A stretch of 56,688 nt of DNA, filler included, from Dimargaris cristalligena (lineage: Eukaryota), in NCBI GenBank assembly GCA_003614675.1. It is 5 parts of 5 records of this genome, joined end to end, with 100 filler letters (N's around TTAATTAATTAA, not from the genome) between each part and the next. Parts side by side here need not be neighbours in the genome. Positions count along the whole stretch, not along the records: positions 45,544 to 56,688 come from ML003124.1; 4 more parts are not named here. One strand, given 5' to 3'. Made by a program: the position numbers and the translations under genes. The notes under the pieces are model-generated. The model searched no databases. It saw only the letters and a list, made by a program, of their open reading frames with translations, and had not been told where the DNA came from. This document shows positions 49,410 through 56,688 of this stretch, one piece after another. Numbering within the stretch: the first letter of the stretch is position 1; every line of letters starts with the position of its first letter.

Positions 49410-50462
49410 CTAGTTCAGCTTGACGTAGTTGGCGGGGAAGGAACCGGTCTGCTGGTTACACTCGCCCTCCCACCAGTCGTTCTGGTTTTCGGATTGCTTG
49501 GTCACCCGAATCAAATCCCCCTTGCGGAAGGGTAGGTCGCCGGCCTGCTCACCGTCAAAGTCGAACATGGCCACGGCGTAGGTGCCCTTGGAGCGGCTGG
49601 GGACGGGGGGTGGGGGACCACGGTTGACGGAGCCGGAGCGGTAATTATCGGCCTGGGGCATGGCCATGTTGGGCTGCGGGGCGGCATGGCTATTGTTGTC
49701 CTGGGGCCGTAGGTGGGGCGCCGGGTTGGAGGAAACGTAGTCGTCGCTGAAAAGGGAGGAAGGCTGGCTGGAGGTGGTGGGGGTGACGTAGTCGGTCGTG
49801 GCCCGGACCGAGGGTTTGCGGGCGGTTACCCGGAGGTTGAGGGCCCGGTAAAGGGAATCGGCTTCCCGGGGAGGGGGCACTGTTCCGGACAACAGCTCCT
49901 TGGCGCTGACCTTACGGCCGTAGAACTTGGCGTTGGCGTCCTTGCGTTCGATAATGGCGGAACCCTCAATGGACACGCCGACGAATAAACCACTGGTCTT
50001 GCTGTAGGAGTAGATGGGGGCGACGTGGCCCACGGCAATATTGCCCTCGGCATTGCGACCGTAGGGACCGGCGGCCACGGAGAGGTTGCCGCCCAGGGTG
50101 ACGTTTCCGCCTAAACTGAAGGCCTTGACGGCGGAGGTGGAGTTGAGCACAATGACAAAGTCGGTCATTTCGGCGCCAATTTGACCGCCGAAGCCGACGG
50201 AGGCGGTCCCGATGCAGGAAGGGGCGGACCAGGTGCCGTCGGCCAGACGGGCGACGACCAGGCCGGAACCAGCCCGGCCGGACCATACGAAACCGGCCTT
50301 GATGACGGTAAGGATGGCCAGGCCCTTGCAGTTGGCTAGGATATTGGGGGGAATGACATTGTCGACGCCCTTGGCGGTGGCGGGGTCAATGAAGGCCTGG
50401 AGGATACGAGCGGCCTTCCGGGACTCGGACGGGAGGTCGGTGGGAATAGGATTGTTAACCAT
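49410..50462 (-). CDS. YSC84: SYLF/Ysc84 actin-binding plus SH3 protein (Ysc84/Lsb3/SH3YL1)
   Basis: MVNNPIP..KAGFVWSGRAGSGLVVARL..GGQIGAEMTDFV and a C-terminal SH3 (AMFDFDGEQAGDLPF..WWEG..FPANYV). Confidence 0.95.
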   Translation of the reverse strand: MVNNPIPTDLPSESRKAARILQAFIDPATAKGVDNVIPPNILANCKGLAILTVIKAGFVWSGRAGSGLVVARLADGTWSAPSCIGTASVGFGGQIGAEMTDFVIVLNSTSAVKAFSLGGNVTLGGNLSVAAGPYGRNAEGNIAVGHVAPIYSYSKTSGLFVGVSIEGSAIIERKDANAKFYGRKVSAKELLSGTVPPPREADSLYRALNLRVTARKPSVRATTDYVTPTTSSQPSSLFSDDYVSSNPAPHLRPQDNNSHAAPQPNMAMPQADNYRSGSVNRGPPPPVPSRSKGTYAVAMFDFDGEQAGDLPFRKGDLIRVTKQSENQNDWWEGECNQQTGSFPANYVKLN

Positions 50463-51297
50463 GGTTAGGAAAGGATAGTAAGGGAGGGAGAAGGAAAGCA
50501 AGCAATGCTCAGACAGGCGAAAGCAAACAAGATTAAAAAGTAGAATAAAGTAAGATAAAGTAAAGTAGAGCCCTCCAGAGGTTTCGGGCCAAGCAGGGAG
50601 TTTTAAGCCAGTGGTTTCAGGCAATGACAGCCAACCGGAAAAGATGGGTGTATCTGAGAGTGGGAGGGGGAGAGTGGGAGAGAGAGAGAAAAATATACTG
50701 AATGGGTGGGGGGATTTTACACATGCCTGCTAGGAGAGTAAAATAGTATAGGCCATATGCTCTTCCAAAATAGAAGGCTTGGCTGCCAAGCCCAGGCGAC
50801 TCGCATTGGCATATATCCACAAACTACACATCACACCGTAAGCCAAGCCAGGAGGCACTTTCTTCCCATATATGCTGTATGCACTGGGCACCCCCATCGA
50901 TTCGATCAGCCCTCCCGCGCCGTCAGCTGGGGCTGTCGTCATCATATCTCTATATGCATCTTCATAGCCGCCCAATCATGGATACAACCTTCTCCGTCCT
51001 TCTTGGTTACATTATATAGCTATTAAGTAAGTAAGCCCCGTCTAATAGTAGCACTCTTCATTATTTACTTAGTAAACCACACGACTTAGCAATTACTAAA
51101 GAGAGGCGGCACATCCACTTCCCCTACACGAAAACACAAAGAAAGAGCAAGGGAAACATCCTTTATTGATTCAAATGCGAGCCAGACGAAATATATGCTC
51201 TCCAGGCACCCCCCCCAGTTCAGGCAGGAGAGAGGCTCGGTCAACGGGTATTTAACATGGAGGGGGGGGTTGTTAAGAGTACAACCCAAGCAAGCGC

Positions 51298-51615
51298 TTA
51301 GGCGGCGAGCAGCTTGGTCAGGGCGCTATTGACATTGGGCTTGCTGGCGCCGACGACGGTCTCCACAACCTGGCCGTTCTTGAAGAAAATGAAGGTAGGC
51401 ATACCCTTGATTTGGTAGTTTTCGACGATGGCCTGATGGTTGTCCACGTTGACCTTGATAAACTTGACCTTGTCGTTGTCCTTGGCTAGGGTGGCCAGGT
51501 AGGGCGCGATCATCTTGCAGGGGCCGCACCATTCGGCATAGAAGTCAACCACCACAAGGGTGTTGTCGGCCAGAACCTTTTCGAATTCACCCACGGAGTT
51601 AATTTCGGCGACCAT
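51298..51615 (-). CDS. TRX: Thioredoxin (105 aa; possible in-frame extension to ATG 51726)
   Basis: VVVDFYAEWCGPCKMIAP, cis-Pro MPTF, VVGA. Confidence 0.96.
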   Translation of the reverse strand: MVAEINSVGEFEKVLADNTLVVVDFYAEWCGPCKMIAPYLATLAKDNDKVKFIKVNVDNHQAIVENYQIKGMPTFIFFKNGQVVETVVGASKPNVNSALTKLLAA

Positions 51616-52849
51616 ACTGGAGGAGGATGAAGAAGAGGTAGAGGTAGAAGAGGAGGAGTTATTATTGACAACTTGGGCAAAGATAAAAAGGAGTAGAACA
51701 AAGAGTAGGGCGTCGATAAGAGTCATGGCGTAGGTGCAGGGCTCTCTATATATATATATATATATTATATATGCGGATAGGTTGTTTTACAAGTAAGTAA
51801 TATAAGTAGTGGTATAATAAGGCTAACTATGCGAAAGTAAGGGAGAGGAGACTGAAACCCTCTCCCCCAATCCATGTCTAACGCCTATTCCCTTTGGCTC
51901 TCTTCTCCTACCACAAGCACTTTTAGAAAGGGACGCCGATGGGGTGGTACAATGCCGCCCAACCATTGGCCCTCGTCAGCCGAGCCAAACAAGCTGACCA
52001 TACCCTGTGAATGACAGGGTGTGGCTTAGCCTTCTCACCAATCAACATCCCGACATTGACCGCAATTAATATAGTGGGCAGCCAGTCCTAGCAAGCAGAC
52101 GCTGTCTGATTATTAATCCACTCCGTCAATTATTGCCGTTTTCGTCTCTCTGGCGTCACATACGCCTGTCTCCATGGCGTTTGGGGAGGGGGCTACCATT
52201 TCTATTATACCCCCCCCTCATATAATCATAGGTATTGTGAAAAGGTTGACTATGATGCGTCTTTAGCCCATCTGAAATCGAAGCCAGTGTAGCTAAGCCA
52301 TCCCGGCAATTCCTGAGACGGCGGCTAACTAAGGTTTACCCATTTGGTGGGTCGGGTGCAGCAGGGTATTTTGTTTATTAGCTGGGTAGCAATGGTGATT
52401 TATTTCAATACTGGAAATGCTCGGCCCCATTTCTTGGCAAAAATGTCCGTTTGATGCGGTTGATTTTTCTAATCGAAATTAACTTTCCCACCCGTCTGGC
52501 CCATTTACAACATCTCTCAAAATCACTCATTGTTGGCTTCAATTTCGCCATCAATGCCAACCCCATACGTAGTCCCTGCCATTTGTCCGTAGCCCTAAAC
52601 CGGTGACTCCAACTTAATACCGCCCTACACAGACACGCTCCGTGGTCAATTTTAATTTAATACTAAATCTAAGCCTAGTTACAATGCAGTCTCGCTCTTC
52701 GTTTTTGGACTCCTTTTCAACGGGAGTATCCGACTCGAGTATAAATATATACATATCTATATAAACAGTGATGCACACCATGCCCTCCTAATAAATAACC
52801 CTTTAAACCCACCAGGCATCCCTCAAAAATGCCTCCCCCCTCTTTTTTT

Positions 52850-53527
52850 TTAGCAGCATCCGTGCAGAAACTCGTTTTCAACCGAGTCGTAGTGCCCACT
52901 GACATATACTGGAGACCCATCCTGATAAGCGAGAACCGATGGGTAGGAGGGATAGCCCAGTGAACTATAAATGTTCGGTTGCTCGTCCTGTATAATAATG
53001 CCACAATCCCATCCCCAAATATACATATAGGTCAACAAAGTTCCCATAACAAAAACAATCGCAGTTAGTCACAGCAATGTACACTATAGATAACGAGCCC
53101 TTCTCACCAGAGGACGAGTTTCCCCAACTATATCCGCCGCGTGGTCAAGCTTGCCTTATTTGGCCTCCCAAATCAATGACAAAGGTACTTACCACATCAA
53201 CAAACACAAATCCGACCCCGTAGTACTGGTCCGATAGTCTACTCACTTCGTCTCGCGCCTCCCCTGATTGCGAGTCATTATCCGAATAGACCAGCACGAT
53301 CACCTAGCCCATGTGTAGTCCCTCGTTCCAGTCACACAGTCTGGTTAGTGTCGAATATTTTGTAAATTCTCCCTGAATACCTTCCCCAAGGTACCTCTAC
53401 CCAGACCCCCCTTTTATACATGGTACACACCGCTGTCAAATAAACCACGTTTTACCTTTTCGTCGGACTGAATTAGGTACTCGAGTTGATCGTAGCTACT
53501 GTACTCGCCTAAATGGTAACGACCCAT
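52850..53527 (-). CDS. Thioredoxin-fold protein lacking CxxC, C-terminal GCC; exons 53527-53456, 53303-53193, 52987-52850 (106 aa)
   Basis: MGRYHLGEYSSYDQLEYLIQSDEK|VIVLVYSDNDSQSGEARDEVSRLSDQYYGVGFVFVDV|DEQPNIYSSLGYPSYPSVLAYQDGSPVYVSGHYDSVENEFLHGCC. Two phase-0 GT-AG introns; aligns by eye along the neighbouring Trx. Confidence 0.82.
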
Positions 53528-55060
53528 ATTTGTCAAAGAAATGTAGGACTGGGTCGGGTTATTAATGACCTATCCCACCCACGTACATACATATAAAAGA
53601 AAAAATTGAGTAGTCGTTTAGTCTCTGATCTAGGCCGACCCATAAATGGGTGGATTACAAATGCGAGGCAGTTCTATACGATCAGTCCGTTTCCGAATGG
53701 GACGCCCCGATCCCGTCGCTAAAGTTCCATTGGCATTAGTAGACTTTGCAGTACGGGACCACAGCGGACTTTACCTATTCTGGGTTTCCAAGAAGATCGC
53801 TGGGGCTGATCGGATAATTTCGCGGCCTCGGATTACTCCAACGTAATTCGAGTTTTAAATCAGTCTAGATTTGGGTCCGGATTCGCCTAGGGGAGTTACC
53901 GTGGGCTCCGATTCGGGGAATTGAAATTTCGATTGCCCGAATTACAATAGGGCGGTGTCACGGAGGACCAGGGTTAGAGAGGTGGAAGACGATGGCTGGA
54001 TGTATCGGGATTGGTAAAGGTCGAGTGGTTTGCAGGGGAGTGTGTGTGCGTATCCGGGATTTTCGATGTATGTCTACAGTCTGGATCCTTTTGATCTTTT
54101 ATATTCGGCCCAATCCCTCGGTTTATGTCAACTAGTTTTAACCTTAATTTATGGCTATGCCCTACTGTCTTCATTCTGGCCATCACTTTCACTACCGTCG
54201 TTGATATCACTCTTCCGAGGCATATTAAAGACCACGGTGATGAGCAGTCTGTCAGCGTAATTAGACGCATCTATTTGCCCTACTCTAAAGTCTTCTTGTT
54301 ATTGCATAGTAAGTTTATATAAAGTAAGTGGGGCCCCTCACCGTAGTATTATTATTAGTATTATGTTGATGGCTACGGTGGCGATATCAATAGTATCATT
54401 AGTACCTATAGTTTTTCTAAACAGCCCATTTGATTCTATTTCACCCACCAGCTACTAATTGATCACTTATGTCTTTATTCGCATTCCGAATGACACTAAG
54501 CCAAATACGACAGGATTGATCACTTCGTCCGCAGGAAGTATGCAGGTTCGCTTCTTGCAGTTTTCTGCCCATGCCCTCAAATTACTACTACGATCTGCTT
54601 ACCCACTAGACGGGCATGCAATAAATTCCAGGGATGCTGGTAGCATGCGATCCTGATGGTTGATCAAGGCATCAGCCAAACAAACCCATAGCAACGAAGG
54701 GGGCTTGGAAGACTAATCCCAATTACCGACAACTTCTCATTTGGGAGAAGACTATACCAGTTGATAAATATCAGCGAGGCATACCTTGGCCTAAAAAAAA
54801 CAGACCACGTATTTACAATATTAGAGGTGCCCGGACCTACGCGATAGCCGCATTGGGTCTAGTCGACTGTCCCATCAACCACATCTCAATAAACCACGGA
54901 TAGCATCAGTCCAATGCCCGTGAGTAAACCTACCATCTAAAAAAACAGGATACTGCCTGTTATTTATTTATCAAGTTCACAGAGAATATACTGAAATGCG
55001 CAACTGAATAGCCAAGAATCCAGCAGGTCGTAGTGATCCGCAAATCCCGTCGCCTACATT

Positions 55061-55720
55061 GACCATACTGCCCATGAGTTAGTCTCCGAATGGTGTGGTC
55101 CATAGTCTAGCCGGAACAGGTCACCACGTGCTATGTCGAACCCTTCGGTCAGAGAGTGGGAATCAGGCATGATCCAACCTAAACTGATCGGTGACCCGGC
55201 TATAGGGCAGGGCTGGCAGTTTACCTCGTGTCCACCTAGAACATACCCATGCTGCCCAGCCAGCCCATATAGGCCTTCGGAGCCGTGGGGGTGAGCAACC
55301 GGCTGTGGCAATCCTCTGCATGCTACTAAGCCCTGTTCCGATGTAGGGTAGTGTGGACATCATGGCCCCTCTATGGCTGGCAGAACTGTGTTTCAAGGCC
55401 CTAGCGGGCCTTAAATTCCTCGAATAGAAAGTCCGGCTAGCCCGCTAATTCGGATCGGCGGGCTCCCGGTTCAGGAGGCATGGGATACGGCGGACATCTG
55501 CTTCTAGCCCGGTGCAGCACATTGGCCCAGCCGGGCTGCTCACCTCGACTGTTGGATAGTCGCCATTGTTTGCGTGGCGTGCTTCTCACTTCTCCCCCTT
55601 GAAAGAAGCCGGTAGATAGGCGGGTCATGTCTACCTCCCGTTACAAGGCGGGCGCTCCGCCATGTACGCTTGTAGGCGGTCTCCCACCAGTCTCTCATGC
55701 ACGGCACTGCAGCGCATAAC
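55061..55720 (+). ncRNA. Candidate large structured RNA, family unassigned
   Basis: Run of abutting hairpins with G-U pairs favouring the + strand, two C(UUCG)G motifs and long-range 9-bp complements. No convincing ORF. Confidence 0.45.
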
Positions 55721-56394
55721 ATGCCCCTTTACTACCGTGCTCTATATAGGCCCCTCCCCCTTAAACTTGATTGACCTCGGGGCACACTTCAAAATCAACA
55801 TTATCCAAAGATACGACCTAAACGGGGCGGTGCTGTTTCCCGCTGATTTATGAGAGGCAAAGTGGCCCACACTTGTCTCTCCGGGCGCCGGTGTACACGA
55901 TTGCAGCCACCACGGCTTAGTTTATAAACACCTAGTCCGCCCCGGCAGGAGTCCTCGTATCCTTTTTTTCTTCAGCTACCGCACCCTCGCTCCCGGATTC
56001 TATAGGTAGGTATAACCAACCCCAAACCCTTATTTGATTTATTGGTGATGGTGTTTCCCACTGGCGGTGACTAATGCAACTATTGGCGTGATTTATGGTC
56101 CTTTATATGTCATTTATTATTTAGATGAGTCGCAAGCCTTATATTATCTAGTTGCTGCAGCCGGCCCGCCCACTTCCAACCCCACTCTCATCTTCCCGCT
56201 CCAACCCTTTCTCTACCAGTCCAGAATTGATAAACGTCCCCCCTTTCCCTCGTAATCAGCGCCATCTCTGTTCCCGCTCTCTATTTTCGCGGTTCATTGG
56301 TTTTACTGTTCCTATCCCCCCTCTGGTCCAAGCAAGGGCGGCAAGCTATCCATTCAACGGGGTTGTAATCCGGGAACCGCTGTCGTTGTCCGCC

Positions 56395-56688
56395 ATGGAG
56401 TCCCGCCTGGTGGCACTTATCATCGCCGCTTTGCTGAATGCCCTGCTTATCCTCACTACCATCGCCCTGTTCGTGTACCGGGGCCACCGCGAGCTTTTGA
56501 TTTCCCCCAACGCCATATTACTCACCTCAGTTGGGGCCACGGCGGCGTTTCTCTGCAACGAAATCAGCCTCTTGCAGACGATTCTCAATGGGGAGTTCCC
56601 CTGCTTCATTGGCCTGTGGGTCCAGTACATTGGCCTTACGGTGTGGTGGGGCTGTGTTCTGGCCCGGGCCATTCGGCTCTACCTCCGA
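56395..56688 (+). CDS. N-terminus of a multi-pass membrane protein, probably 7TM (GprK/RGS1-like); runs off the window
   Basis: Not in the ORF track (no stop). MESRLVALIIAALLNALLILTTIALFVYR..FPCFIGLWVQYIGLTVWWGCVLARAIRLYLR: three hydrophobic helices with a PC..W..R..RL pattern. Confidence 0.72.
   Translation, partial: MESRLVALIIAALLNALLILTTIALFVYRGHRELLISPNAILLTSVGATAAFLCNEISLLQTILNGEFPCFIGLWVQYIGLTVWWGCVLARAIRLYLR

Noticed and set aside
50463-50624. Non-AUG N-terminal extension of YSC84
   Set aside because: Pyrimidine-rich 5'UTR open by chance; the family-typical start is MVNNPIP.
53550-53653. GGGTCGG..CCGACCC resembling P1 of an HDV-like ribozyme
   Set aside because: No GG after P1 for P1.1, and the L3 and J4/2 consensus is not met.
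54748-55110. AAGACTATAC (U3 5' end or group I R element) and CATAGTC (S element)
   Set aside because: Short matches only; the remaining U3 boxes and group I P/Q core are absent.
55155-55305. Cobalamin-riboswitch-like GGGAA..GG..TCC and group II domain V-like GAGCCG..CGGCT
   Set aside because: Spacing and the remaining consensus do not fit either family.

Overview
Eukaryotic fungal DNA with GT-AG introns and CTAAC-type branch sites. The gene set suggests an early-diverging, non-Dikarya fungus; that placement is inference only. The window is five contigs of about 11.1-11.4 kb joined by artificial 100-nt N/TTAATTAATTAA/N linkers, so synteny across linkers means nothing. Contig 1: acetyl-CoA carboxylase, a decayed LINE-like relic and a CpG-hypermutated fungalysin (M36) pseudogene. 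Contig 2: an RS/3xKH RNA-binding protein (FUBP/KSRP-like) with an apparent micro-exon chain downstream of its stop, and a truncated phospholipase D. Contig 3: a KRE2/GT15 mannosyltransferase, NHP6, a small TM/coiled-coil protein and a YqjM-type old yellow enzyme. Contig 4: an HD-domain nucleotidase, PEX26, a frameshifted Pom34/TMEM209-like FG-containing membrane protein and a TRAP-alpha-like protein. Contig 5: MEA1-like, a small TM protein, YSC84/LSB3, thioredoxin, a hidden 3-exon CxxC-less thioredoxin-fold gene ending in GCC, a ~650-nt densely base-paired candidate ncRNA and the start of a probable 7TM(-RGS) protein. A ~145-bp MITE-like repeat occurs at least six times. All family assignments come from motif recognition by eye; no database searches were run.
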